A stretch of DNA of 64,000 nt from the human T2T-CHM13v2.0 reference genome, Homo sapiens, in assembly GCF_009914755.1 (NCBI RefSeq), contig NC_060940.1, one strand, 5' to 3'. Shown here piece by piece: positions 31,207-48,230 of the stretch. Numbering within the stretch: the stretch's first letter is position 1; each line of letters starts with the position of its first letter. The notes under the pieces are model-generated. The model saw only the letters and a list, made by a program, of their open reading frames with translations, searched no databases and was not told where the DNA came from. A program made the translations under genes and the position numbers.

Positions 31207-32357
31207 GAGCTTATGCATTTGAATTATTGTTATTTATTCAGCATTTTCTTGTTTTTCCTCAATTATAATAAATAAACCAACCTTTACTGGTTTACATTAT
31301 TACAGACAAAACTGGCTCTTTAACTTCATCTTTTATAGATTTACAAAAGGCTGGAAATGACTTTTTTGTGCAGTGCTGTTTTTAACTTTTACTAGTTAAA
31401 TCTACTTTTTCTACTAAGCATGAACGCAGTGTGGAGAAAACTGGCTGTTAAGAATATGTAGAGATTTCAGATAATTTAGTTTCAATCTTGCTCTCAATCT
31501 TATCCAAATAAGTAGGAGTCTCCATAGTTGGAACAGAGCATCAGAAGGAGGAAGAGTCCCTGTTGGTGTGTGTGGAAAGAGAAAATGAGGAAGAGAGAGA
31601 TGGCAAGAAGAAAATTTTATTTAAACATAAGTTAAAATTTATACCTGACTTAGTTTCTGTAATTTTTATAACTTAAGCCATAAAAAGGTATGACAAAGAA
31701 CAAGTTTTCATTTTTACTTATGTTTATAAGGTACTATTCTAGAAAGAAAAGGTCTGATTGATTGAAAACAATATCACAATTATGTTTTCAAATTCAATAA
31801 TTGTTGCAAGTTCAGTTTTGACCTACTAAGGTCTACATTTTGGGCAAATATTTTCCAGTCATATTGAAATAATCTTCAAGCCAATTATATGTATATATAA
31901 TGGATTATATACATATATGATTATGTAGACTTTCCAAATCTATTATTTTAAGGTCATCCAGAAGTAAATAGCATCATATTGAAAGTTTTTATTGAGACGC
32001 TCAGATATTCACGAAATTCCATAATAAAGTGTGTTGTGAGTCAGATCAAAATGTAGATATCAAAAAGAAATTCCAATAGCTAATTCTCACTCACTTTGAG
32101 GGTAGAAAATTGTAAATAATTTTATGAAGATAAATTTTTCAGGGAAATTTGTTCTATTTGTTCCACCCACCAACATGCAAGAGGTAAAAGCATGTGAAGT
32201 GTGTGAGATAGTGGAAGTATGTGTCTGTGTGTATATGTGGGGGTGAGGGTTTATCTACCTCCATTACCTTAGGTGAGGCTTCCGTGGAACCACATGGAAA
32301 GTTTGCTTCAAACTCCCTGAAATGGGGAAAAAAGGTGGAATGAGATCTGACTTCTAC

Positions 32358-32706
<349 letters not shown>

Positions 32707-33093
32707 TAGAGGTCTACCAAACAAAACAAAACAAACTAAAGCAGAGAGAGAGAGAACACTGTTGTGAAGACAGTCCCAAAGGAGCGGAAAAGAAGTTGCT
32801 ACATAGTAATTACCCTGCACTTTTACTGAGGAGGTACAAAAGACATAGGAGTATTGTTCATGAGCCAGACGTGGTCCTTGAGATAGTGAGAGTCAGCCTG
32901 GATCCTCTATGACATCTGAGCAAGTAAACTACCTGGAAGAGCATGAAACTCTAATAGAGAGTCTCTGTGGCTTGAACTCTCAGAAAACTAGGGGTGGAGA
33001 GAGGAGTGGCAAGGGATATCACAGAAAACATCACCCAGATTGCAGTTGGGCACAACCAGCCAATTGACAGAAAGGGGAGCTCTGAAGGAGTCA

Positions 33094-33505
<412 letters not shown>

Positions 33506-35079
33506 TCACAACAGTGCTGGTTAAGTAAGAGCTTTCCTACTGCTTGTTTCTGTACTGGCTCTCTTTCATTAGTTCTACTGGCATCAGAAGTAGTGGCTTG
33601 CATGGAGTGGAGAGATGAGTGACATTGAGAAAAACCTACTCGATGCTTTCCAGATAGATTCTCATTTCTATCAGCCCACCTGGAGAAAAAGGATCGGTAA
33701 AGGTGGAAGGGTTGATTAATGTTTTTGACTAGACTCTTTTTACTACTGACTATTCTTTATACCTTAAGGAGGCCACAGGAATTTCTGTTATCTAAGAGTG
33801 AGAAGAAAAGTCTGGGGCTCAAGGTTTAAATGTACCTAAGTTTCTAGATGCCTTAGTTGCAAAGACAGCTTTTAAGGCTCTGGAAATGGTCTGAACTAAT
33901 CATATGTTTCCATAAAATTTATAGAAGTAAGATACTTTAATCACAATTACTTAAGACTGGTTTCTGTCTCCTGCTTAACTTCTCTTCTCACTCTGACCCT
34001 ACTTGACGACATTGTAGGCATTTTGAGATATTCTTAACTTTCAGATGACTATTGGTATTTTTTCATCACTATCAATCATATCAAAATTCAAAAAGGATAG
34101 TTAAAAGTAAACTGTAGGAAAGATAAGATCAATACTATTACTTAAAAAACTGCTTTTTTTGGAAATAATATACCCAGTAATATTTACAGACTAACAAAGA
34201 GAACATGTAATGGATCAAAGAGGTATTTTTCAGATCTTTTGTGAAGAATATTTTTTAAAAGCTACACCCTTATGAGATTCTAAATAGCCTATTTCATGAC
34301 TAACAGATTTAAGTAATGTTTTATTGGTAAACTATTTACAGAAAGACAGAAATCATTCACATCAGTTGGGTTCTAAGACTGGATGCATATGATGACAGCA
34401 CTCAAAAATCTTGAAGATTTCATAGACCAGAAGAAGCTAGGTTTATTTGATTTACACATAAATAAGTAAACATGCACAGGTTGGATCAGTGTTTTGAAGT
34501 AAAGACTGGAGGGAACATTCAGCATTATTTTGAGATGCTAAAAGATTAATTGCAGCCATTCAATTCTCAGGGAAAGATGTTTCCCCTTTAGCAGTGACAG
34601 TGACGAGAGGCATCCCTGAAATAATAGAAATGCCATGAGAATCGTGGAACTAATTGCGAAATAAGGTTCATTTTTGCACTAGCACTTGGAAAAAAAATGA
34701 AAGCAAGAATAGACCAGTTAGATTTATTTATCAAAAGCCTTGTGTGAACACTTATTACAAAAAAGAGAAAACCTGCACAAATTGAGACAGTGTGTCCATT
34801 TAAAAAATATAGAAGACAAATTATACTCTATTGTTAATAGATCTTCCATCAAATGTGACAGTGTTGAACAGCTGGAGATTATTGTGTGCTACTGTTAAAG
34901 GGAAAACACTATGGATTTTTTTTTAGCTTTTTTTTTTTTTAACAAACAAAGCCATCTGTCACTTTATTCAACAAAGTGGAATCGTGTGGGTAATTATAAC
35001 CTCTGGTTGAACATCAAATAATGGTAAGAAAAGTAAAGAAAAAGGCTGCAATCATGCTTTAAAAAACACTGGTATATGA

Positions 35080-36300
35080 CCTGAGGTGACATCAGCAGGC
35101 ATAGTGGCATAAGAACATTCAAACATCCTCTTATCAGTGAAACAATAAGAACACTGGCCACAATTGACAATCACCAAGTTTTTCAGAACTCTGGAAATTT
35201 ACCAAAAATGTTAACATGGGGAATATTTATTTGAGAAAAAACAGCTGAATCTCAGCAAGAACAGTCAGCTTTGTCACATTTTAACTTTCCCTATTCCCAT
35301 CCTCCTCTCCCAAATTCCATGGCAACCTTGAAAACCAACAGTCCTGCAATTGCAATGAGAAGCAGCAGCATAGCAGACACCAAAGGGGGCAGAATAAGTT
35401 TAGAACTGCCCTCAAGCACCATTCTCAGAGAACTGTCATTATTTGACCTGCCTAGTAGTTCTGCAGAAACCCCCACTAACAGGGCTCTTCTTCATTTGAC
35501 CTGACTTGGCTCATTTAGTTTGAACAGCGTTTTACATGAGAACGTTTGTCAAAAGTAAGCAAACAAACAAAACCTAGCAGCAATTTTTTTTAAGATTTTG
35601 AGTGACTGAGATAGTGATAACAGTTATGTACATAAGTGGCTTTGGAAAGTTTTGCCATATTGCTGGGAATCTAGAATGCCACACATATGCCTAGGATTGT
35701 GAGTATGCTAGAGAAGGCTTGAGAAGGCACCAAGTAGCCACCTCTGGATGACTTTGAGGTTCTATGCAAGCAGTTATTTTATCTTTTTCCTGATTGAGCA
35801 GTCATCTCTGTGTTGCACATCTTTTACTGTTTTCCAGAGTTCTTATAAGGTGTTTTGTTTTGTTTTGTTTTGTTTTTCTGAGAGGTTGTGCATATTTTTC
35901 AGTGTTTCTCTTGGGGAACAGAAGTGAAGACTAAAGCAGAATTATAAACTGCTTGCCCGAGTGTTGAAACATTTCTTAACTTATAAGGTATACAGAGCCC
36001 CTCAACAAAGGCTGGGGTACTTAGTAGTTCTTGGCATTTAAGAAAATTGTGAAATCATTTACTTACCACTAAGCTAACTCAATAGGGACTTCAGCGGTCA
36101 CACATGATGAAGAATACAAACTGTACAGGAAAGTCACTAAACAAACAAATCGCAAAACAATGTCTACCAACAATCACCACAAATCATCTAGACAGGAAAG
36201 ACTGAGTTTTAGAATTGCCATATTGTACTATTCAAAATGTCCAGTAGGTTGAAAAATTATGAGACATGTAAAGAAATAAGAAATTACCTATGACATAGCT
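35080..36300 (+). mobile_element. Old L1M 5'UTR/ORF1-start fragment
   Basis: 'gtgacatcagca...tttttcagaactctggaaattt...aaacagctgaatctcagcaagaacag...ttcaaaatgtccag'. Confidence 0.7.
35779..35924 (+). repeat. 146-bp duplicated copy of 30135-30280 inserted into the L1M 5'UTR
   Basis: Ungapped match at offset 5644, including an identical (GTTTT)n tract. Confidence 0.93.
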
Positions 36301-36499
36301 AAAGGAATGAAACTCTTGTCTCTGCGGTTGTGCTGTTTATGACATGAAATTGCATGAACCACAAACAGTCTCATAATCACCAGAGTGAATGATGGGTTTG
36401 CTGGCTTGTGCACAGGGGAAGGGAGAAAAGGCTGGGGTTGATTTGGGTGTTAGGATTGGACTTCTGCACTGAGTAGGCTTGTTTTTCATTTGTTGTTGT

Positions 36500-36920
36500 T
36501 AATAATTTTTTGTTGAATTGTAGCACATATTCAGAAAAGGACACAATTTTTAAGTATGCAATTTGATGATATTCAACCTAGATTAGGAAATAAACTATCT
36601 TCATTTCAGAATCTCCTCTCATGTTCCCTTCCAGTTTCCAACTCCTGGTGCTGGTTTTTTGCAACATAAATTAGAGATCTCATTTTTTCTCAGCTCAAAA
36701 CAATTGGATTATAGAGTATATGTTCTTTTGTATCTGGCTTCTTTTGTTAAATATTATGTCTGAGAAATTTATCCACGTTTTGCATTTATTTATAGCTTGT
36801 TTATTCTCACTGCTGAATAGCATATGTTATGTAAGCATACCATTATTTATTTATTCTTTCTACTCTTGATAAAAATTTTGGATTGTTTCCAGTTTTTGAC
36901 AATTAGACTGCTGCTAATAA
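36500..36920 (-). mobile_element. L1ME-like 3' fragment
   Basis: 'tgttcttttgtatctggcttcttttgttaaatattatgtctgagaaatttatccacgt...ggattgtttccagtttttgac'. Confidence 0.7.
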
Positions 36921-39900
36921 CCTTATTTATTAAAACAAATAATCAAACAAACAAATATTACTCCCTGAAGCAAGCTCATAGAAAAAAAAAACAGTTGTTT
37001 AAAAAAAGAGTTATCAGTAGAGATAACCCATAAGATAGCTACGTTCTTGATTCAGTGCTGCTATTTCTTGCAGTGTGGGCTACAGTTTAGATTTGCATGT
37101 GTCTCGCGGGCCTGAAACTCCATGAACAGACACAAAAATGACTAGCCAACTCTATTTAAATCATTTAAGTGTTTATTTTAGAAGATCCCTGAACACTTAA
37201 GTCAATTGACTATCCAGGCATTCTGAGCTTGTGTCAGTTTCCTGCTCATTCCACCTGGGTGAGCTATTTGTCTTATAAAGCCTCTTTTTAATCAGTCAAG
37301 TAAAGCATATCCCCTAAAATCTATTGGCTAGTCAGATGTCAGGGCACTAGAAATTGTTTTCAGCAGTCACTTTGCAAAGCAACTCAGGAAATTTCTTGGC
37401 AGATGCCTGTACCTTGTCGTGATACTGTTCTTGTTAATAGTAATCACAAATGAAAAAAATTTCCTTCCTAAGAGGAGGGAAGCTTTGTTCTGAAGAAGTC
37501 CATGCAGCAGGAGTCCAAATTCTTCCATCTAGGCAGCCAAGTATTACTGAGATGGAGGTAGGTGAGGTCACCTGGAGACAGTACCTCCTAGATGTCCGGA
37601 GTGGCCAGTGAACTGCAGAAGGAGAAGGGGCAGGAGGGTTCCCTAACCGCTAAGCGAAGGAGCATCCGAGGGTGAGAGATAGACCCTCCCAAGGCATGTG
37701 GATAGAGAAGTTGGTCATGGCTCTCAGACCCTGCTCTCCTTGGATCTGAAGGAATCTTTGTGGAATTAGGGATGTAAAGCCTCAGACCATCAGAGCACAG
37801 CAGCCTCACACACTTCCATGTCTAAGAAGTTTTGACTGATGATTCTGCCAAACAGGAAGCTACTCACTTATCCATCCAGGCTACTGCATCAGGGTTCCTG
37901 ATGTTCTACAACAGTGAGTCCTTATTTAAGCCTTCAACCCCCATGGCGTGGTCAGAGCATAACGCTGCTATCCCTATCTCACATGCACAGGTAATTTAAT
38001 GAAGGGATGCTGGCTAGGATCAGTGGCCTAGACCCCGGCTTTCCCTGTGATGTCTGAGTGTGTGAAATTATGCCATAGTGCATGCATATCCCTTTCTGGG
38101 CAAGCTATCTTGAGGGTCTTACACAAGGAGAAACATTTCAGAACTTGCCTTCCAGAACTAGAGTCCGCCAGCCCCAACTCCACTGCAAGATTTAAATCTA
38201 TGGGCTACCAAGCCTCTCCCATAGGCCACCTTACAGAATAAAGCCAAGTTCATTGTGGAGAGACACAGTCTGCACACACGTGACATTTGGTCTTCCTTTA
38301 ACATGATTGCAATAGTATACAGAGCACATAATAGCAAATAAGTCTCTACAACTAGGAGAATAATGACATTTTAAGGGCAACTAGAACAATTTGAAATGGT
38401 GTGTTTCTAGACTACATACATATCTAGCATATACTATTTATTCCTCCATTTATTATTAATTTGTGTCTTATACAAATGTGTGTATACACTTGCTTAGGAA
38501 TAACAAATGTTTTCTAAAGAATTTCTGCTTCTGCTGCTTATTTCCTATTTGAAAACACAACTCTCTGTGTGTAAAAAAAAATAATCATTTTTCACAGCAA
38601 TGAGTGTTGAAAATATTACCCTCCCACAAACCAAGACATAAAGTATAAGAGGGGAATACAGTAATGGCGGCTTCCTGGATCAAGCTGAAAACATCATTGC
38701 TATGTGGGTTCTCAAGGACAGCTGCTATTCTCTTACACTACTTTCAGCATCTTTATGCTCTTTATACTTGCAAGGAGATTACCGTCACTAGTCCTCCTGT
38801 ATCTCTTATGCAAACCTTCTTTAGGCTTACAAAGTAACATTCCATCATCACCCACATCTAACAAAGGGAAAAGTCTGGCTTAGTGGAATTTGCTCAAGGT
38901 TATAGAATATGTAATTGGAATATTTGGGGATAAAATTCCCCTATCTTATTCTATCACGTGTTGCAGATATAGATCACTGTTCACAATAGAAAGTGAATGA
39001 CCAAGACACTGGAATGATGCCCTCCTCCATACCCTAAGAGGAAATTAATTAGAATCAGTTTAACTTGAAATATAAATGGCACAGATATCATCTCAGTGCA
39101 AACAAAACAGAAAACTTACCATTCAAGTTATTTATGGGGGTAGGGGGGTGATATCATTATCTGACAAATATGGGAGACAAAGACGAGGTTCCCCACCAGG
39201 ATCCTTCTAAGTCCTATGTCTTGAGACTAGAAACATGCAATGTCAGAGAGGCAGCCCTTAGTAGAGCTCCTGATCTAGGAGAGTCCTATGTGTACATACC
39301 ATCTTTCACTAGAAATCATAGATGGTTTTCTCCATTTGTTTTATATCACCCTATAGAAGAAACACGTTTGCAAATCTACGTTCTATGTTTAAGCCAAACA
39401 TTTATATTTCATTATATTATATTAATTGGCACTGATTTGAAAGATGACTACATTGAAGAAATCATGCTATCCCTCATAAGTAGCACCTGAGGACATATTT
39501 TAATATGTTTCTACAATATCTTGATCTCTAAATTTGGTATCTCTCTTTAATGACTTTCATAATGACTGGCTTAGGCCATCTATACTCAAGTGAGTTCCAA
39601 AGAATTTCAGGGAACTGGCCAATCAAAATTGACCAATTTAAGAGATGTGAAGGGGCACTACTGATTTTTTTAAATGCTGTTTTCAAGGATTTTCTGACAG
39701 TTTTAGTGGTAGTTGGAAGAATGTCAAATTTACCCTTTAATAGAAGTAGATTAGTTACAAGAGGGCAGAATAATGTCGCTTTCTCTGTTGCCAAACTCAT
39801 CCTGAACTGTGGTTTATGCTTCATTCTCTTAACTGAATTGGAAAGGAGTTTAAGTATTTAAAAAGGGAAAAAATGAATATGCATCACATCCTCCTCTAGA

Positions 39901-42201
39901 TTTTTTTACACTGTGTGCATATAAGATAAAATAGAATATAATTCATACTGTTCTAAACCAAGTGGTTTCTGTAATAATTAGCAGACTATATTAAGTAATT
40001 AAATACAAGGCTTTGACTTTTGTTACTGAGGCTTCTTGATTCAATACTCCAGCTGTTCTACTTTCAATTTTAGGCTTCCATTAATGAGATGCAATTCATG
40101 CCAAATACTAGAAAATTGTTATGAGAAAGAAAGAAAATTAAAATGCAAGTTCTTATTTTCCAAGTGGAATATGATTATTATAAAATTTAAGAAATTCATA
40201 TGATTGTCTATTTTCATCACAGATTTTAATACATAGTATTGATAACATCAAAAGTAGGTATTCTGTCATTCAGAACTATGTATTACTTATTAGATGCTAA
40301 AAATACAAAGAAATTAATTGCATTTTTCTTATAATAGAAATCATACTTTTATATAGTTTAGTACACTGTATCATGTTTTCTGTGCATCTACATTGATGTA
40401 ATACATATTTTTAAATATTACTTAGAGACATAATACAACATATCAATATGAACTAAGTATAAAGTGGGAGATTAGACATTGTGTGATTGTTACTCTTGCT
40501 GTATTCTCTCTATGAGTAATTCAAAATTGGAAACACATTCTGTAGCTTTCTTGGACTGTGTTTATTTTAAGCTTTAATGTCTTCAAGAGTAAGCCACCAA
40601 TCATGGCAAAAATAACTCACATTTTATCCAGTATGATTGGGGAAACCACCAATATTTAACAAGCTTAATACATTTTAAGCTTTTGTGTTCTTTTTTTCTT
40701 TCAGTTAAATTCAAAAACAGCCTTGCTCACAAAATCTAGAATTTCAGGAAAGAAATATGGAATACCATCTGCTCTAAATAAAAGAAATTCTGCTTGATAT
40801 CTTGGTTCACATAAAAATAATGAGATCTTGAATCTTTTTATGATTTCCTCAGGTTTGAAGGTCAGAAATATTTCTCTACTTTTGATTTACACTGTTCATT
40901 AATAGAAATATGGTCATTCCAGTTAGTCCACATTTGTTTGATTATCACTGGCTGAATATATATCCTCCTTAAGAGACTATTTATTTGAAATTTCTAAACA
41001 CCAATTTCTTTTTTAAAAAATAAACTTCTTATACTGCAATACTATTAGATGCACAGAACGGTGGCAAAGATAGTATAGACAATTCTCATATACTGTCCAG
41101 TTTCCCTCATTGTTATTAACACCTTATGTTGCCATGGTACATTTGTCAAAACTAAGAGGCTGACACTGGAACATTACTATTAACTGAAGTCTTGACTTCA
41201 TTCGGATTCCATCAGTTTTTCCATTACTGCCCGTTTTCTATTCCAGGATCCAATCTAGGATATTGCATTATATTTAGTCATCATAGCTCACAGTGTCCTC
41301 TGATCTGTGGCAGTTTTTTAGCCTTTCTCTGTTTCTCACGGCCTTCATGGACTTTAGACGTACTACCAGGTATCCTGTAGAATGTTCCCCATCTGGGATC
41401 ATCTGAAGTTTTTCTCATGATTAGATTGAGTTCATGGGTTTGGGGGAAAACAAGCACAGATATAAAGTGCACTTCTCATCACCTCACATCAGGGAGTACA
41501 TATTAACGATATGACCTCACTATGACACTAACCTTCATCGTTTGATAAAGGTAGGGCTTGGCAGGTCTCCACTTTAAAATTATTCCATTTATCTTTCCCT
41601 ATTGGATTCTTTGGCAGAAAGGAACTAAATCTACATTCAATAGATTTGGGGTGGGAAGGATAAGTTTCCCTGAAAAAAAAAAAGGTGGGGATTATCTACA
41701 TATATAGTTAGAATATTTCAGTAAGGAAGTTTCTTCTTGCACATTTATTCATCCATTCAACTATTCATTGGTATCAGTATGACACATGCATACTTATACT
41801 TGGGGTTACAGTCCAATAAAATGTTATTTTCTTTCCGAAGTTATTTTAGTTCTGGCTTTATTTCAGTTTCACATTGGCTCCTGTATCCCCTTGACATACT
41901 CCGATGTTTTTGTTTTTCTAACATACCCTCATTTCCTGTTACTACAAGATCCTCCAGATTCATCTTGTATTTCCTCTGCACCATCTCTAAAATCAGTTAT
42001 TTCTCTAAGCAACTTGATTTCCTTGTAATGGAAATCGTATTTTGAGGCCAATATTGGAGCACTTGCTGTGCTCATTGGTACTTTGAGTCCTTGCTTCTAG
42101 GCCATCATAGAAGGCCGGTGGCGTATATGGATACTAACCCGTGCATATACACATATTTATAATTATTTCGGTAAGTATTCATCTACATATATGGTAAGCT
42201 G

Positions 42202-42282
42202 CTAGGATGGTGCAAAAGTAATCATGGTTTTAGCCATGGAAAGTAAGGGCAAAAACTGCAGTTACTTTTGCACCAACCTAAT
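42202..42282. mobile_element. MADE1 (mariner-derived MITE)
   Basis: About 80-bp palindrome taggatggtgcaaaagtaa...ttacttttgcaccaaccta. Confidence 0.92.
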
Positions 42283-43509
42283 AAAATGAGTCCATATTGA
42301 TATCTCTGACTCTTATCCCATACCATGGTGTTCAGTCTAGCTTTTCATACTTATTAATCTATAATTTCACTCTCTAGCAGAAAAACCTGTCCCCTACCAT
42401 CCACTACCTATTTGCATATTTGTCCAAACCCAGTACATGTAAATATTTTCAAAATTAAAGTACAGCCTTATGGGAAACAAATTTACCAGCTGGAATGCAG
42501 TGTTTATGTATATAGTTCCTTTGGTCTTTAGCCTTATAATTTCTAGTCAAACCATTCTTTTTCAAAATTATGTTTTTCTATGTTAGATCTTAATTTTCTT
42601 TACATCAATTTCACTGAGATTATTTCATACATTTTTATTACTAGGAGAGTCATTTGCCACAGTCTGCATTCCATTCTAGGGTTCCACATCTCCTGATTGA
42701 TTTATTTTTGTTTGCATACATTAAAGGTCACTCTTTATGATTTGCAGTTTATGGACTTGACAAATACATAGCATCATGTATCCACCTCTACAAAGTCATA
42801 AAGGTTAGTTCTACCACTGTAAAAATTCTTTTGTGCTTTCTCTAGTCAATCACTGTCCCCTGTCCAAACCTCTGACAACCCTTGGTCAGTTTTCTGTCTG
42901 ATAGGTTTTCCTTTTCCAGAATGTCATATAAATGTAGTCATAGAATTTGCAGCCTTTTAATTCTAGCTTCTTTCACTTAGCAAAATGCATTTGAAATTCA
43001 TCAATGGTTTTGCATGAATTAATAACTCATTCATTTTCACTGCTGAATCATATTCCACTGTATGGATATACTGCAATTCATTTACTATTCACCTATTGAT
43101 AGACATCCAAGTTACTTTCAGTTTTTGGCAATTATGGACAAAGTTGCTACATACAATCACAGGGAGATTTTTGTGTGAAAGTTAAGTTTTTCAGTTAGTT
43201 GAGTTAATACCTAGGAGCATGACTGCTATGTCAGATGATAAATCTATGTTTAACTTCATAAGAGCCAAACTGTCAAGATGCTTTATCATTTTGCATTCCT
43301 ACCACCAGTGAAAGAAGGAACTGCTTTTTCTGCATTCATGCCAGCATTTGTCAATGTTTTTGGATATTAGTCATTATAAAAAGTGGGTAGTTGCACTACA
43401 CTGTGGTTTTAATTTGCAATACCCTGTTGACATGTGAGATTGAGGATTTTTCTAAATGTATTTATTTTCCATCCACATATTCTTTGGTAAAGTGTCTTTT
43501 CTGATCTTT

Positions 43510-45403
<1,894 letters not shown>

Positions 45404-45555
45404 TAACTAGGTTGTTTCTTAGTGTTGAGGTTTAAGAATTCTTCGTATATCAGATACAGATATTTTATTAGGTATGACTGTCGCAAATGTGTTCCCAGTC
45501 TGTGGCTTGTATTTCCATTTTCTGAAGAATGTTTTTAGAGACTTAAAAGATTTTG

Positions 45556-45889
<334 letters not shown>

Positions 45890-48230
45890 TCACTATTCTT
45901 TCATAGATTGTGATTTTGGTAAAGTATCTAAAAATTCATCACCAAACACAAGTCATCCAACTTTTCTCCTGTATGTTATACTAGGAGTTTTATAGTTAAT
46001 GTTTTACATTTTGATCTATAATCCTTTTCCAAGTAATTTTCACAAAAGATGTGAGGTAGTTGACTAGATTAATTTTTATTGTATATGGATGCCCAGTCAT
46101 TCCTGTACAATTTTCTGAAAATACCCTTCACCACTAAATTATCTTTGCCTCTTTATCAAAAACCAGTTGCCCACTGTATGGCCCTATTTCTTAGTTTTCT
46201 ATTCTGTTCCGATAATCTAAATGTCTATTTTTTCATTAATGCCACACAATTTTGTTAAGTTTAACTGTATAGTAGGTCTTAAAATCAGGTCATATGAGTC
46301 CTCATTTTTCTTTTTCAGAGTTATTTTAGTTATTCTAGAGATACACTCATTTTTAAATTAATGTTTTTGGAAAGAAAAAAGATCTGCATAGTTGTACGAT
46401 TCTAATAAGAAATGTTTTTAATTTCAAAGATTTTCTTATCTTTTAATACTTAATATTTAGTATTGTTTTTCTGCTGTTAATAGTAATAGTGGAGGAGCTA
46501 TGTTAATTTCAGACCAAGCAGACTTCAGTACAAGGAAAAATATGAGGAACAAAAAGACACATTACACAATAATAAATGAGTTGATTTTTCAAGAAGACAT
46601 GATTGCGCACCTAGCAACAGAGCATCAAAATATATGAAGGAGAAACTTACAGAACTACAAGGAAAAATAGACAAATCCAACAAATAGTTGAATACTTTAA
46701 TGCCTCTCTTTCAGTAATTGATAGATCGAGAAGGCAGAAAGTCATTAAGGATATAGTTAACCCGATAGCACTATCAGTCACTTTGATGTAATTGGCATTT
46801 ATCAACTAATCCAAAACAGCAGAATTCACATTCATATAGCAGCCACATCGAACATTCACCAACATTGACCACATCCTAGATAATAAAACACACCATAACC
46901 AATTTAAAAATTTAGAAATCCTGTAAAGTATATTCTAGAACACAATGAGAATAAACAAGGAAAAAAATCAAATTATAAATTCTCCAAATATTTGGATATT
47001 AAGCAACATGATTCTACATAACACATGAGTCAAAGAAATCTCAAATGACTTTAAAACTATTTTGAACTTTTAGTGATGGTAAAGATATAACTGACTATTT
47101 GTGTGGTGCATCGAAAGCACAGCTTAAGGATAAATGCATAGCATTAAACACACACGTCAGAAAAGAAAGAGATCTAAAATCAATAATACAAATTTTCTCA
47201 TAGAACGCCAGGGAAAGTTATTTAAGCCTAAAACAAGCCGTATATATATATATCTGTATGGACTAGCTTTTATATATATAGGGACCAGCTTATACATATG
47301 GTCCCTAAAAAGTATCAGTGAAATTTATAAACCTCTAGGCTGGCTAATCAAAAGAAAAAAACACAAGCAAAAGAAAAAGAGGCAAACAGCTGGAAAGAGA
47401 AGGAGGGAGGAAAGGAGGGAGAGATGATAACAGGAAGGAAGGAAGAAAGGAAGGAAGGAAGAAAGGAAACAAGAATTACCAACATCACACATGAAAGAGA
47501 AATTATCGTTACTGAACTTATGGATATTAAAAGGATAAAAATACTATGAAGAATTCTATGGCACACATGCTGTAATTTAGATAAAATAAACCAATCCCTT
47601 GAAAGCAACTATTAAAATTTACCAAATAAGAACTAGATTATCTGAATAGAACTAGATTATCTATATTTTTTAACTTGAATCAATAATTAGTTATACATTA
47701 AAAAAAGAAAGCACCAGGTTCAGATGGCTTCAGTGTGGATTCTTCCAAACATTTAAGGAAGAAATGAAGCCAATTCTTCTAAGATTTTCTTTAGAAAATA
47801 GAAGCATCTGTTTTCTATTCCTTAAGAAAACAGAAGCATCTATTTCTCACAATAGAAGTGAGACATCACTTTCTAATTTATTCTATAAACCCAACATTAC
47901 CTTAATTTTAAAAAAAAAGAAATATTGTAAGAGAGGAAAACTACAAACCAATATGCCTCATGAATATACATGCAACAATCCTCAGCAAAATATGAGCAAC
48001 TCTAATCCAACAATATATAAAAAATAATTATACACCACAACCAAGTGAGATTTGTTCTAGGTAAGCAAGACTTTCTGATAGTCAAAAATCAACCATTGTA
48101 ACTGACAGCATCAAGTGGCTAAAAAAGAAAAATTATTTGATATCAATTGATGCAGAAAGAAAAAAACCATTGGAAAAAACCTAACATATGTTCATAATAA
48201 AAATTCTCAGTAAAATAGAAACAAAGGCAA

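Noticed and set aside
34400-35050. Possible conserved non-coding element
   Set aside because: It is non-repetitive with homeobox-like TAAT motifs, but conservation cannot be judged from one sequence.
39528-39861. Overlapping ~100-aa ORFs on both strands in unique sequence
   Set aside because: No recognisable domain, codon signal or splice structure. This length is expected by chance in 64 kb.
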